A program made the translations under genes and the position numbers. DNA of 36,975 nucleotides, from positions 1 through 36,975 of IMG/VR virus record IMGVR_UViG_3300020044_004166, one strand, 5' to 3'. The stretch's first letter is position 1. Each line of letters opens with the position of its first letter. The DNA comes from a virus (taxonomy: Duplodnaviria > Caudoviricetes). A model generated the notes under the pieces. It searched no databases. It was not told the origin of the DNA and saw only the letters and a program-made list of their open reading frames with translations. This document shows, one piece after another, positions 9,001 through 19,779 of this stretch.

Positions 9001-9636
9001 ATGGCGTATTATACTAGCAAAAATCAGATTTGTAATTTAGCCCTAGCACATTTAGGCAGCAACGGCACAGTCAATGACATTGAAACGCCAGTTGAAGACA
9101 TTGAGATTGCATTTGCAGTTCATTACGACATTATCCGCCAAGACTTATTGCGGAAAACATTACCTAATTTTGCGCTAAGACGCAGGCTACTAGCTAAAGA
9201 AGGTTCTAATCCTGCATTTGGTTATGGTTTTTATTATGAATATCCACAAGATTGTTTAAAGTTATTGGGTATTGGTGAGATTTCAAATAAAGAAAACAAC
9301 TATGTTGTTGAGGCAGATGCTAATGGTAATCTAAAAATATGGACAGATACTGACGCTGACGAAGGCTTGCCCATTAGGTTTGTGTTTGATGAGATTGATG
9401 TAAGCAAATACACACCTGATTTTATTAATTTATTCAGCCAGCAATTAGCGGCGGCGGTGGCTATGAACGTAACACAGAATGCAGAAGCAGCACAGCTTGC
9501 AGATGCGAGAGCAATAAAGGCTATGGCGGGACATAGCGCATTAAACGCACAGGAAAATAGACCAGTTAGGGTAAGCGAATCACGTTTTAAGCAGGCGAGA
9601 TATACAAACTTAACCTCATTGCCAGTTAAAAAATGA
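9001..9636 (+). CDS. Tail tubular protein A / adaptor (T7 gp11-like)
   Basis: ICNLALAHLG, NFALRR, YPQDCL motifs; synteny. Confidence 0.85.
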   Translation: MAYYTSKNQICNLALAHLGSNGTVNDIETPVEDIEIAFAVHYDIIRQDLLRKTLPNFALRRRLLAKEGSNPAFGYGFYYEYPQDCLKLLGIGEISNKENNYVVEADANGNLKIWTDTDADEGLPIRFVFDEIDVSKYTPDFINLFSQQLAAAVAMNVTQNAEAAQLADARAIKAMAGHSALNAQENRPVRVSESRFKQARYTNLTSLPVKK

Positions 9637-11906
9637 AGATAGTAAGCTCATATGTAAACTTTGCTAAGGGACAAGTTGATAGAGATATGAACGGCAGATT
9701 TGATTTGCCGATTTACAACACCAGCGCAGAGATTGTGCGTAACTTCAAAACTAATTTCAAAGGCAATACGTTCTATCGCACAGCATATGAGCAAATGCTT
9801 GTATTTCAAGATTGCGCTTTTATTGAATTTAAGTTTTCAGTTTCACAAAATTATATTGTGGTAGGATATGCGAATAAGTTTCGTTTTCTATCTTATGACG
9901 GGAGCGGTAACTTTGGCTGGGTTTTAAGTGGTGGTTCACCTCTTGAAGTTGCAACACCTTACACGCTGGCGCAAATAAAGGAAATAGCCCGCAGAAAGCA
10001 ATATACGCAGAATGATGATGCTATGCAGATAACGCATAAGAGTTATGCGCCTCGCTCATTACGCAGGCTGGCAGCAGATAACTTTGAGTTGGTAGTTACT
10101 AGCTTAAAGGATAATCCATTTAATTTAACGTATGATGCTAGCAAAACAATTACCGCTATCACGAAAGCGTTAAAAGCTCAGATAACTATTGCAGCGCATG
10201 GATATGTGGCTGGCGATAGTTTCAAGGTAACTGGCGTTAGCGGAATGACTGAGATTAACGACTACACAGTTGGCGTGGTTTCTGTGGTTGATGCTAATAA
10301 TGTAACTGTGAGTCTAGACACAAGGGATTTTACAGCCTATACAAGCGCTGGAACGGCAGAGAAGGTGGCGACAGCTTCCTATCCTAATCTTGCTCTTTAT
10401 TATGGCGCTAAGCTCTATTACGGCGCATCTGCAACGAAGATAACTACTATCTGGGGTTCAGAAGATAGTGAGTATGATAGGTTCAAAATACCGACAAGCG
10501 TGTTAGCAACAAGTGCTTTGCAGTTTACACTAGCAGATATTAGCCAAGAAATACTTTGGTTATTTGCTGGTGAGAATAGCTTAATTGCTGGAAGTGCTGA
10601 CGGCATTGTTGCGATTAATGGCGGCGAGGTGGGTAAATCTATCACGGCTGAAAGCATTGATACTATTCTGACTTCGGCTAATCCTGCGAGCGATGTATAC
10701 CCAGTTACGAAAGACGGATTGATATTCTATATGGATATTATTAAGCGGCGTATGTTGTATTTCTCTTATGACTTATTGACTGAAACGTTTAAAGCCAAAG
10801 ATGCTAACCTACTTGCATATGAGATAACAAAGGGCGGGCTTGAGAAATTAAGATACAAGCGGGATAAGGAGGATTTTATCTATTCTCTCAATGGCAATGG
10901 CTCAATCCAAACCCTCAACTTTAATGCTGATGAGAATATTGCTGGCTGGCATAATCACACAACATCGGGCAGTTTTGAAGATATTGCACAGATAACCGAT
11001 AATGACGGCAATCCGCAGATATTTGTTTTATCGCTGCGAAATGGAGTATATTATATTGAGCGTGAGGCGCAAACAGTTGAGTTTGTTAAACCTGAAGAAT
11101 ATCTCAGCACAACGAAAGCCGCAGATAAAGCTGCGTATTATCGCATGAGAGCTGAACAGCTAAAAGAGTGCATTTACCTTGATAACGCTCAGATTATCAG
11201 CAATTTGAAAAGCAACTCAATCACATTTAATGGTACAAATACCATAACAGCCACATCAAGCGTGTTTTCAGCGGGCGATATTGGCAAGCATATTGTTTAT
11301 AAAACACTAACTGGTTATGAGTCAGGGCGGTTTGAAATTACAGGATATACAAGTGGAACTGTGGTAACTGTTACAGTTCTACAAACTCCGACTGTGAATA
11401 CTTATACTAATTGGTATTTGACATTCTCAACCATATCAGGCTTGGCAAGTGCATACAACGGACAGACTTTGAGTATTGTTGCTGATGGTGGGTATTATGG
11501 CACTGCGGTTGTGAGTGGTGGTGCTATTGCGCTAGATAGGCAAGTAACTCATGCGGTTGTGGGCTATGGATATACTGGCATTGTAAAAAGCTTTGTGCTT
11601 GGCTTTGTTATCCAGCAGTACAATACTCAAGCTACATTCAAAGCGTTGAATAGATTATCTATCCGCACTACAACAAGTTTGGGCGGGAAGTTCGGTACTG
11701 ATTTCTATGCGCTGAAAGATATACAAAAATTGCAGCAAGGCGATATAAACTATCTGCCAGCATTGCCACTAGACGGGACAGAAACACTGCCGTTTTTAGA
11801 TAAACATGAGATTGATAAACAGTTTTACTTGGTGCAAGATTTGCCTTTGCCATTCTTTGTAACTTCTGTTATTATTGAGGCTAACCATAGCGTAACAACA
11901 GGATAA
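9633..11906 (+). CDS. Tail tubular protein B / nozzle (T7 gp12/P22 gp10-like)
   Basis: 757 aa; NFAKGQ start, YTQNDD, IWGS, AGWHNH motifs; includes an AITKA...AHGY beta insertion. Confidence 0.88.
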   Translation: MKIVSSYVNFAKGQVDRDMNGRFDLPIYNTSAEIVRNFKTNFKGNTFYRTAYEQMLVFQDCAFIEFKFSVSQNYIVVGYANKFRFLSYDGSGNFGWVLSGGSPLEVATPYTLAQIKEIARRKQYTQNDDAMQITHKSYAPRSLRRLAADNFELVVTSLKDNPFNLTYDASKTITAITKALKAQITIAAHGYVAGDSFKVTGVSGMTEINDYTVGVVSVVDANNVTVSLDTRDFTAYTSAGTAEKVATASYPNLALYYGAKLYYGASATKITTIWGSEDSEYDRFKIPTSVLATSALQFTLADISQEILWLFAGENSLIAGSADGIVAINGGEVGKSITAESIDTILTSANPASDVYPVTKDGLIFYMDIIKRRMLYFSYDLLTETFKAKDANLLAYEITKGGLEKLRYKRDKEDFIYSLNGNGSIQTLNFNADENIAGWHNHTTSGSFEDIAQITDNDGNPQIFVLSLRNGVYYIEREAQTVEFVKPEEYLSTTKAADKAAYYRMRAEQLKECIYLDNAQIISNLKSNSITFNGTNTITATSSVFSAGDIGKHIVYKTLTGYESGRFEITGYTSGTVVTVTVLQTPTVNTYTNWYLTFSTISGLASAYNGQTLSIVADGGYYGTAVVSGGAIALDRQVTHAVVGYGYTGIVKSFVLGFVIQQYNTQATFKALNRLSIRTTTSLGGKFGTDFYALKDIQKLQQGDINYLPALPLDGTETLPFLDKHEIDKQFYLVQDLPLPFFVTSVIIEANHSVTTG

Positions 11907-12376
11907 CGGAGGCGAACTTCTTTACAGCTTTATTCATAGGTTTTCAACTGTTGTCAGCTATAGGACAAGCAAAGCAAGCCAAAGCGGAAGCTAAGGCTAT
12001 CACTCAAGAGGGTGCGCTTAACGCTGCGAATAAAGCACGAGAAACTCGCATTAAAGCTGCAAGGATAAAAAGCTCATTCCTACAATCTGGTTTAGAATTA
12101 GAAGGCACACCAAGCGCAGCAATTAGCGATACGTTTAACGTGGGTATTGCAGATACTGAGCAGATTATTAAAAATGCAAATACACGTTCAAGGAATGTCA
12201 TGAGCAGCGCATTTAACAGCGCAGTAAGCGGCATTGCAAGTAGCGTGGGTATGGCTGCAATGGGTGGATTTGGCGCTTCACAAGGCGCAGGGTTCTCAGC
12301 AAATTCTTTTGGGCAAACATTGGGAAGTGGGTTTAGTTCAAGCCCTACTGGTCCATATCAACCATTGGGGTTCTAA
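11906..12376 (+). CDS. Internal virion protein (T7 gp14-like); probable non-canonical ACG start at 11906
   Basis: Ala/Gly/Gln-rich with SGLELEGTP motif; frame open upstream of TTG 11951 to TAACG overlap, adding hydrophobic EANFFTALFIGFQL. Confidence 0.7.
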   Translation, partial: TEANFFTALFIGFQLLSAIGQAKQAKAEAKAITQEGALNAANKARETRIKAARIKSSFLQSGLELEGTPSAAISDTFNVGIADTEQIIKNANTRSRNVMSSAFNSAVSGIASSVGMAAMGGFGASQGAGFSANSFGQTLGSGFSSSPTGPYQPLGF

Positions 12377-14161
12377 ATGGCTAACAGAGATTTATCAAAC
12401 TTTCGTGATGTAACTCAGGTTCAAGGCAAACTTGCAGGGCAGGAGCTAATTGCTGCTGGCGAAATGGGGCAAAAAATTGTAGACATGAGCCAGAAAGCAA
12501 AGGTTGCTGAGGGTTTATCTGCGGCTCAGTTAGAAATTGCCAAGCTGGATACTGATTTTCGTATTAAGAATGAAGCTAACCCATTTGATAAGAAAGCCAT
12601 TGATGCGTATAAATCACAGCGCAAAGCGGTTTTAGGTAAGTATAACAGCGATATTGGCTCGTTATGGGCAAATGATTTTTCCACGCAAGCTGCAACACTT
12701 GAGGGTAATTCTGATTTGCAGATGCAGAATTGGGGATACAAGCAAGCTGAGATTAATACGCTGACTAGCATTGACACAATGGGGCAGAATAACAAGCAGC
12801 TCATGATGCAACATGGCGTTAATTATGGCAAAACTGGCGAAGGTGATTTAGATGCTATCTTAGATTTTGAGGCTTCACGGCAGCAGTTAGTTGAGTTTGC
12901 AAAAACAAGCGGCGCAGTTGGTGAGGTAACAGCTAACAAGATTTTAGGCGCATACGACTCAGAAATGGCTAGTGCGTTTGTGGGGGCGGTTGCTAGTGAA
13001 AATCCGTATAGAGCTAAGAATTTGCTAGATAGTGGGCAGTTTGACGCATCTATCAATGTTGAAGATAGAATAAAATTAAGCAAAACTATTGATAGGGGGA
13101 TTAAAAGAAGCGAAAGAGCGGCGGTTACTAACGGCTTAAAAATGCTGAAAATGCAGATTGAAGACCCTGCCAACTTTTATGCAAAGCAAGGATTAGATTT
13201 AGACCAAATTGTAGAAGCGCAAGGTAGCGAGGAAAATGCTTCAGTTATTCCAAATAAAGAGGCTGAATTGCTGGCAACTAAAATTAACCAAATAAAAGAC
13301 CCTGCGGAACTTGAAACTGCTTTACAGAATATAAACCAAACTTACGGATACTACTCTCAAAATGCTTTGAATGATTTGAGTAAGAATGGGCTTAACAATA
13401 ACGCTAGAATTACCATGACGTTAATGAATACAGAAGACGCAGACCAAGCAACTGTGCAATCGTTCTTTGACATGGGGAAACTTAGAGATGCACAAGGTAA
13501 GCCAGTTGAGCCGCAAAAGCTAGCGCAAGATATATTGACTGCAAAGGGCGAAGGTATAAAAATATCTGATGTAACGACTGCCGCTTTAGAGAAAACTAAA
13601 GGTTGGTTAGAAGTAAACATTAGCGGCAAGAATGACCCTGCGGATACTGCGTTTATTGGGCAGAAAGTACAAGACTTAGCGGCTTATTACATAACACAAG
13701 GTTACGATGTTGAGCAAGCTACGAATAAAGCAACTGGTTGGCTTACAGAGGGTTCTGCGATTACGCAAATAGGAAACCACAAATTCATGCTTCCAGCTAC
13801 ACTAGCGGAAGATGATTTCTTTGAAGCGACTGCTAAAGACGTGCTGGAAGATAAAATAGACTCTATTAAGCTATCAGATATATACACCGATGACATTACT
13901 ACGGAAACTGGTTACACGCCAGAGGCATATTTGAACGCAATTAAAGTAGGCGGTGGCTGGGTTAATGCAAGAGACGGCAAAAATCTTATGTTGGTAGATA
14001 ATAAAGGGCTATACGTTCTTGACAAGAAAGGAAAGATTATCTCAACGCCTATTGCTGACTTGGAAAAGAAACAAATTGAAGAAACTTTAGAAAGAGACCC
14101 TAAAGCAAAGTTGGCTATTGGAGTAGGGCTTTTTAATAGATACCAAAGCGAGCTAGAATAA
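12377..14161 (+). CDS. Internal virion / DNA-ejection protein
   Basis: 594 aa, helical; position of T7 gp15-like. Confidence 0.7.
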   Translation: MANRDLSNFRDVTQVQGKLAGQELIAAGEMGQKIVDMSQKAKVAEGLSAAQLEIAKLDTDFRIKNEANPFDKKAIDAYKSQRKAVLGKYNSDIGSLWANDFSTQAATLEGNSDLQMQNWGYKQAEINTLTSIDTMGQNNKQLMMQHGVNYGKTGEGDLDAILDFEASRQQLVEFAKTSGAVGEVTANKILGAYDSEMASAFVGAVASENPYRAKNLLDSGQFDASINVEDRIKLSKTIDRGIKRSERAAVTNGLKMLKMQIEDPANFYAKQGLDLDQIVEAQGSEENASVIPNKEAELLATKINQIKDPAELETALQNINQTYGYYSQNALNDLSKNGLNNNARITMTLMNTEDADQATVQSFFDMGKLRDAQGKPVEPQKLAQDILTAKGEGIKISDVTTAALEKTKGWLEVNISGKNDPADTAFIGQKVQDLAAYYITQGYDVEQATNKATGWLTEGSAITQIGNHKFMLPATLAEDDFFEATAKDVLEDKIDSIKLSDIYTDDITTETGYTPEAYLNAIKVGGGWVNARDGKNLMLVDNKGLYVLDKKGKIISTPIADLEKKQIEETLERDPKAKLAIGVGLFNRYQSELE

Positions 14162-15852
14162 TGGCAGTATATAGCGCATCAGGCTTAATGGGTAAAAAAG
14201 AGCAGCAGTTTAACCAAGCTGGTGAGCGCAGCAACTTAGCAAGAGAATCCGAATCATCAACTTTTGATGCGGTGCGAGCCTCTGTTGACGAAGCCTCAAA
14301 GGGTGTAGGGACATTTGTTAATGATATAAAAGCTGAGCAGATAAAAGCATATAGGGGTGAAGAAACTAGCGGTATTAGTGGCGCATTGGTAGATTTCTTC
14401 GGAGTTTCTGAGCAAGGCAAGCAATACTTATTAGAAGACGAATACAAACAATCTAAATACTTTCGTGAGGGCTTGCCGTTTCAAGTTGGCTTAACTCAAG
14501 GTGAAGCAAGGATAAAAGCTGAAAGATATGATGCTCGCTTGAAAAATGGCTTGATATTATCAAAAGCCAACACAGCAGAAAGTGTTGCTGCATTTACTGC
14601 GGGCTTGGGTGCTGGTGTATTTGAGCCTAAAAATTTAGTATCTGGTGTAGTGGCAGGTGGGTTAATTCGTGCGCCTATAGTTGGCTTGAGCAACACATCA
14701 ACTCGCTTTCTATCCATGAAGAATTTTCTAACTGCAAAAGTTGGAGCAAAATTTGGTGAAGTTGCTGCGGTTGCCACGAGGGCAGGTGCAGAGGGTGCTA
14801 TTGCAGTTGGTATTACAGAGCCTAGTAATAGAGCTTCTGCTAAGTTAGTGGGTGATGATTACACCATGACAGACACTCTAATGAATCTTGTAACTTCCGT
14901 TGCATTTGGGGCGGCTATAGAGGGCGGTGGCGTGGCTTTTAGAAACCTTCAACAAAGTAGGCAACTTAAATTATCACGCAAGCAAGCGCAAGAAGCCAGC
15001 TTAAGTAAATTAAAGAAAAAAGGTGTGGAGTTTTCAGAAAGCGCTTTGACTGCCTTAGAGTCAAAAGATTTAGCAAAAGGTGGTATTATTGCTAAAGATA
15101 AAGCTGCGGTTGTTATGCGCCGTATAGACGATAATACTCATGCGGAAGCGGCAGAATTAGCCAGCCAGCAAATAATGGCAGGGCAAGTGGTAGATGTATC
15201 TGCGGTTGGGGTTAAAAAGAATATTGACGAGGTTCTGACGCCAGAAGAATTTACAGAAGTAGTAAATAGAAAATACGGCACTCAAGCGCAATTAGTGCAA
15301 AGAGAAAATGATATATACGTTTCTGCGTTTTCTGCTCCAAAGGGCGAAACTAATAAAGGCATTGGTTCGGCGGCAATGCGTGAGCTAGTTTCTTATGCCG
15401 ATAATGCAAAACAAACTATGGAAGTTGCGCCAACTACTGCTTATGGCGCAGATATGCCACGATTAGTAAAATTTTATGAGAAATTTGGTTTTGTGAAAAA
15501 AGGTGATAAAATGGTTCGTAAACCAGTTATTGCAGAAAAGCAAGCCAACTTGCCAGAAAAAATAAGGGCTATAGATGAATCATTAAATAACCCAAAACAT
15601 TCAAGCACTTATGATGCGGCGGCAATAAAGACTGTAGATGATTATAATAACCAATATCGTGATGAATTAGACGATGATGCTTTGCAACGTGAGATTGACG
15701 AGGTTGGTTTTGATATTGAAGCGTTACGTGCGGCGGGTTTTATTGATGATGAATTAGATAGTGTGTTGACGAAATTTGAGCAGGGTATTAACGACGCTGA
15801 CAGTTACGTTGATTCTATTAAAAAAGCGGCTTTTTGCCTAACGAGAGGATAA
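14161..15852 (+). CDS. Internal virion protein with Gly/Ala hydrophobic segments and an embedded GNAT domain
   Basis: GAEGAIAVG-type segments; NKGIGSAAM...RLVKFYEKFGF; ends AAFCLTRG, next gene starts MRDCIK as in BPP-1-like phages. Confidence 0.75.
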   Translation: MAVYSASGLMGKKEQQFNQAGERSNLARESESSTFDAVRASVDEASKGVGTFVNDIKAEQIKAYRGEETSGISGALVDFFGVSEQGKQYLLEDEYKQSKYFREGLPFQVGLTQGEARIKAERYDARLKNGLILSKANTAESVAAFTAGLGAGVFEPKNLVSGVVAGGLIRAPIVGLSNTSTRFLSMKNFLTAKVGAKFGEVAAVATRAGAEGAIAVGITEPSNRASAKLVGDDYTMTDTLMNLVTSVAFGAAIEGGGVAFRNLQQSRQLKLSRKQAQEASLSKLKKKGVEFSESALTALESKDLAKGGIIAKDKAAVVMRRIDDNTHAEAAELASQQIMAGQVVDVSAVGVKKNIDEVLTPEEFTEVVNRKYGTQAQLVQRENDIYVSAFSAPKGETNKGIGSAAMRELVSYADNAKQTMEVAPTTAYGADMPRLVKFYEKFGFVKKGDKMVRKPVIAEKQANLPEKIRAIDESLNNPKHSSTYDAAAIKTVDDYNNQYRDELDDDALQREIDEVGFDIEALRAAGFIDDELDSVLTKFEQGINDADSYVDSIKKAAFCLTRG

Positions 15853-18375
15853 ATGAGAGATTGTATAAAAAGATTAGTTGAGCAATCTAAAGGGGCTTTG
15901 AACGCACAGCAAGCCAAAGAGATATTTGAATTGCTTGAGCAAGGCAAAGATAAGGCTATTGCCAAAGGGTTTTCTGCTGACGATTATATTATGGCAAAAG
16001 CGGCAGAAATCCAAACGGCGATAAAACATGAAGCCTTAATTGAAGCCCGTAATGCTAAGATTAATGCTGTTAAATATGCTCAATTAACAAACCAAATAGA
16101 TGACATGGTAGTTAATGGGCTAACTGTTGAGAAATCTTTTCAAGCAATTCTTGTAGGTGTGGAAGCTAATATTAAAAATGGTTTATTCTCTATAGATAAA
16201 AAAGCAAAATCAACCCTGCAATCAGAATTGTTAGGAACGACTATTTCCAAAATGGAAGAAGCGGGATTGCTAGATATATGGAGAGACTCAACAAATAGCC
16301 GCCAGATAGCTAGAGAAATGCAAGCGTTGAACGAAGGCGTTGAAATTAAAGGCAGTACCAACGAAGTAAAGCAAATTGCTAAAATTTTGAAGGATACGCA
16401 AGATTACATGAAAATTAGGCTTAATAAAGCTGGTGCAGATATTGGTGATTTAGCGGATTATATAGCGGGTACTAGCCACGACCAATATAAAATACAGAAT
16501 GCAGCTTATTATGTTCAGCAAAGAACGCTTGGGCAACGATTAAACCCACTAGATAAACCCGCACGTGATAAAAGTAATTATGAGGCTTGGCGGGATTTTA
16601 TCTTACCTAAGCTAGATGAAAATAGAACATTCAAAGACGTTGAGAGTAAAGAGGATTTTTTGCGCAAAACGTATGATTCTTTTGTAACTGGTATTCATTT
16701 GAAATCAGTAGAAGGTGATGAAAAGTTATTCGCTTTCAAAGGACCAGCAAACCTTGCTAAGAAAATTAGCCAAAAACGTGTATTGCATTTCAAAGATGCT
16801 GACTCATGGCATGATTATAATGATATATTCGGGACTGGCAAAGACGGGTTGGCAGAAGCATTATTGCGTGGGTTTGATAAAGGCGCAAGAGATATTGCTT
16901 TGCTGGAAACGCTAGGCACAAACCCAAAAGCAATGTTAGCTAAGTTGCTTGAAGATTCAAAAGCAAAATATAGAACGACTTTTAATACTAGCAAATTATC
17001 TTCCACAGAGCGCAGAATTAATAATTTCTATGCTAACGTAAGCGGCGAGGTGATGATTGCTGAAAATCCTAATTTTGCACGTAATTCTAGTATATTTCGT
17101 GCGGTGCAAAGCATGGCAAAGTTAGGTGGTGCGTTGTTATCTAGCTTTTCTGATATACCAGTTGCGGCAGCAGAAATAAGTTTTCAAGGCGATAATCATT
17201 TTACCGCACAAGCTAAAGTATTTAATGAGCGACTCAAAGGGCGTGGGGACAAATTTAGAAGGAAAGTTGGTTATTTGCAAGGGCAGGGGTTAGATGCTTT
17301 TAGAGGTGCGGTTGTGACTAAATTTACCGCTAACGACAGTTTGCCTGGACACATGAACGCATTAATGACAACTTTCTTTAAGTATAATGGTTTAACATGG
17401 TGGACTGATGTGGGTAAAATCGGCATTGGTGCAATTATGTCTGGCAGATTAGCGCAGCTTAGAGGCGTTAGTTTTGATAAGTTAAACAGCATTACAAAAC
17501 AGATTTTCAACTATTATGGCATTGAGCAAACGCATTGGGACGCATTAAGGGCTGCTGACCCTTATGTAGATAAAGGCAGGAAGCATTTAACTGCTGATTT
17601 GATAGATACGCTTGATGATAATATTCTAGCCAATATCCTGATAGAAAACGGCAAGCCCTCCAGCGTTAAGGATATTGCGGCATTCAAGGCTGATGCTCGC
17701 AGCCGATTTAATGTTTATTTCCAAGATAGAATTGACCACGCCATATTAGAGCCTGGCGCAAGGGAAAACTCTATTCTGAATCAAGGCTTAAAGAGGGGCA
17801 CTATAGAGGGCGAGGCAGTTAGATTTATTATGCAATTTAAGAGCTTTCCTATTACCTTCCTCTCCAAAGTATGGGGGCGTGAGCTTTACGCTAAAGGTAA
17901 GGCAGATAAATTAGCTATGCTTGCCATAGTAACTGCCACAACCATAATGGGTTACGCATCAATGACGGCAAAGGATTTAGTAAAGGGCAAAAACCCAAGA
18001 GACCCATTTGCGCCTAAAACATGGCTATCTGCTATGCTGCAAGGAGGCGGGCTAGGTATCATGGGCGACTTTGTATTTGGCGAATATAACCGCTATGGCA
18101 GAAGTTTATTTGATACTGCTGCTGGACCAACGTTCGGCGCATTGGCTGACGTTGCAGAAACATTTGCGAAAGCTAGAACTGGCGAGGATTTCAGCGCAAG
18201 TTTACTCAATACAACATTATCAAACACGCCATTTGCTAATTTATTTTATGTAAGAGAGCCGTTGAATAGGCTTTTTATATACGGCTTGCAAGAAGATTTG
18301 AATCCAGGATACCTAAAAAGAATGGAAACTAGAATGGCGAAGGAAAACCAACAAGAATTCTTTATTAAACCTTGA
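15853..18375 (+). CDS. Large internal virion protein (T7 gp16-position)
   Basis: RVLHFKDADSW, MQFKSFP, QGGGLGIMGD, GP motifs of podovirus ejection proteins. Confidence 0.82.
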   Translation: MRDCIKRLVEQSKGALNAQQAKEIFELLEQGKDKAIAKGFSADDYIMAKAAEIQTAIKHEALIEARNAKINAVKYAQLTNQIDDMVVNGLTVEKSFQAILVGVEANIKNGLFSIDKKAKSTLQSELLGTTISKMEEAGLLDIWRDSTNSRQIAREMQALNEGVEIKGSTNEVKQIAKILKDTQDYMKIRLNKAGADIGDLADYIAGTSHDQYKIQNAAYYVQQRTLGQRLNPLDKPARDKSNYEAWRDFILPKLDENRTFKDVESKEDFLRKTYDSFVTGIHLKSVEGDEKLFAFKGPANLAKKISQKRVLHFKDADSWHDYNDIFGTGKDGLAEALLRGFDKGARDIALLETLGTNPKAMLAKLLEDSKAKYRTTFNTSKLSSTERRINNFYANVSGEVMIAENPNFARNSSIFRAVQSMAKLGGALLSSFSDIPVAAAEISFQGDNHFTAQAKVFNERLKGRGDKFRRKVGYLQGQGLDAFRGAVVTKFTANDSLPGHMNALMTTFFKYNGLTWWTDVGKIGIGAIMSGRLAQLRGVSFDKLNSITKQIFNYYGIEQTHWDALRAADPYVDKGRKHLTADLIDTLDDNILANILIENGKPSSVKDIAAFKADARSRFNVYFQDRIDHAILEPGARENSILNQGLKRGTIEGEAVRFIMQFKSFPITFLSKVWGRELYAKGKADKLAMLAIVTATTIMGYASMTAKDLVKGKNPRDPFAPKTWLSAMLQGGGLGIMGDFVFGEYNRYGRSLFDTAAGPTFGALADVAETFAKARTGEDFSASLLNTTLSNTPFANLFYVREPLNRLFIYGLQEDLNPGYLKRMETRMAKENQQEFFIKP

Positions 18376-18427
18376 ACTATATAAAAAAATAATGTAAACT
18401 GCTTTTGGGCAGATTGGAGAATAAGAA

Positions 18428-19549
18428 ATGACAGTCGCTGACAATTACCTGCCGCAATCTACACAAGGGAATGGAGTAACAACTGTTTTCACTGGTAACT
18501 GGTCGCCATTAACTGCGGCTGCTTTTAAGCTGGATTTAGAGCTTATCAGCACAGGCGTTCGCACAACGCAGACTCAAGGCTCAGATTACACCCTAACATT
18601 TACAGCTTCTGGTTATGTTGCGACTATGGCGGTTGCTCCTAGTGCGCTTTACAACGTAATTCGTTATCGTGAAACTGAGCAAGACCAAGACGTGAATTAC
18701 ACCACATCATCGGGTTTTCAGGGCAAAACAAACGAGAATAGCTTTGATAAGCTAACTGCTGTGGTACAAGAGCAACAAGATGCTATTGATAGGTCAATTA
18801 AATTTGCCATTGCCAGCCCAACAAGCGGTATTATTCTGCCTGAACCTGAGGCTAATGCTTTCCTAGCTTGGAATTCTGCTGGTGATGCTTTAGAAAACGT
18901 GGATAGCTTAGTTGGTCCACAAGGTCCAACTGGTCCTGCTGGTCCACCAGTTAGCGATGGTGATAAGGGTGATATTACAGTTTCAAGCTCTGGCACAGTT
19001 TGGAATGTTATATCCGACTTAATAGCTGCTAAAACATCTGCTGGCATGACTATTGAATCAGCCAACGGTACAGACTCTATGGCTTTTGGCGTTGGTAACA
19101 CTGCTAACTCAACTGCTTACGGCAACATATCCATGAACACAACTGGTAAGATTGTGAACATGGCAGACCCTTCAAGCGCACAAGATGCTGCAACAAAGGC
19201 TTATGTTGATGCGGCAGTTCCTAGCGCAACTTTCCTATCTCTAGTAGATGCTCAAGCCACTTTTGACGGAACTGGCGCGACAGGCAATAAGACTTTGGTT
19301 ACTTCAAAAGGAATTACTAGTGTTAATAAAGCGGCTACAGGTGTTTATGCGGTGACTCTTGCATCAGCCCAAGCTGACGCGTATTACCATATTTACGTTA
19401 TGAATGGTGACACTGGTGGGGTTACAAACTCAGGCAGCCCTATTATTTTTGATAAAACAACAACAACATTTAACATATACAATAGAAACCAAGGTAACGG
19501 CGCAAATTATGACAGCAACCGAATGAGCTTCTATGTAGTAGCGATGTAA
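18428..19549 (+). CDS. Tail fibre/spike with T7 gp17-like N-terminal anchor
   Basis: GNGVTTVF...ENSFDKLT...QE anchor; short collagen repeat GPQGPTGPAGPP; DPSSAQDAATKAYVD fibre motif. Confidence 0.85.
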   Translation: MTVADNYLPQSTQGNGVTTVFTGNWSPLTAAAFKLDLELISTGVRTTQTQGSDYTLTFTASGYVATMAVAPSALYNVIRYRETEQDQDVNYTTSSGFQGKTNENSFDKLTAVVQEQQDAIDRSIKFAIASPTSGIILPEPEANAFLAWNSAGDALENVDSLVGPQGPTGPAGPPVSDGDKGDITVSSSGTVWNVISDLIAAKTSAGMTIESANGTDSMAFGVGNTANSTAYGNISMNTTGKIVNMADPSSAQDAATKAYVDAAVPSATFLSLVDAQATFDGTGATGNKTLVTSKGITSVNKAATGVYAVTLASAQADAYYHIYVMNGDTGGVTNSGSPIIFDKTTTTFNIYNRNQGNGANYDSNRMSFYVVAM

Positions 19550-19565
19550 TTAAGGAATTTGCATA

Positions 19566-19673
19566 ATGTATTATTACAAAACAACAGACGGAAAGCACAT
19601 TATTGAAAGTGAAGTTGAGCTAATTGACGATAGGCTTGACCCAATTGAACAACCAACCAACGAAGGAGAATAA
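19566..19673 (+). CDS. 35-aa hypothetical peptide
   Basis: AAGGA SD; MYYYKTTDGKHIIESEVELIDDRLDPIEQPTNEGE; fills gap in operon. Confidence 0.45.
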   Translation: MYYYKTTDGKHIIESEVELIDDRLDPIEQPTNEGE

Positions 19674-19674
19674 C

Positions 19675-19779
19675 ATGAAACTATATGATTTTGGACTAGG
19701 ACTATTGATTGCATTTGGCGCAGTAGAAAATGACCAAGACATTTTGCCTAATAAACAAGAAGAAAAGGCGGGGGAATAA
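19675..19779 (+). CDS. 34-aa hypothetical peptide
   Basis: AAGGAG SD; TAATG coupling to 19779. Confidence 0.45.
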   Translation: MKLYDFGLGLLIAFGAVENDQDILPNKQEEKAGE

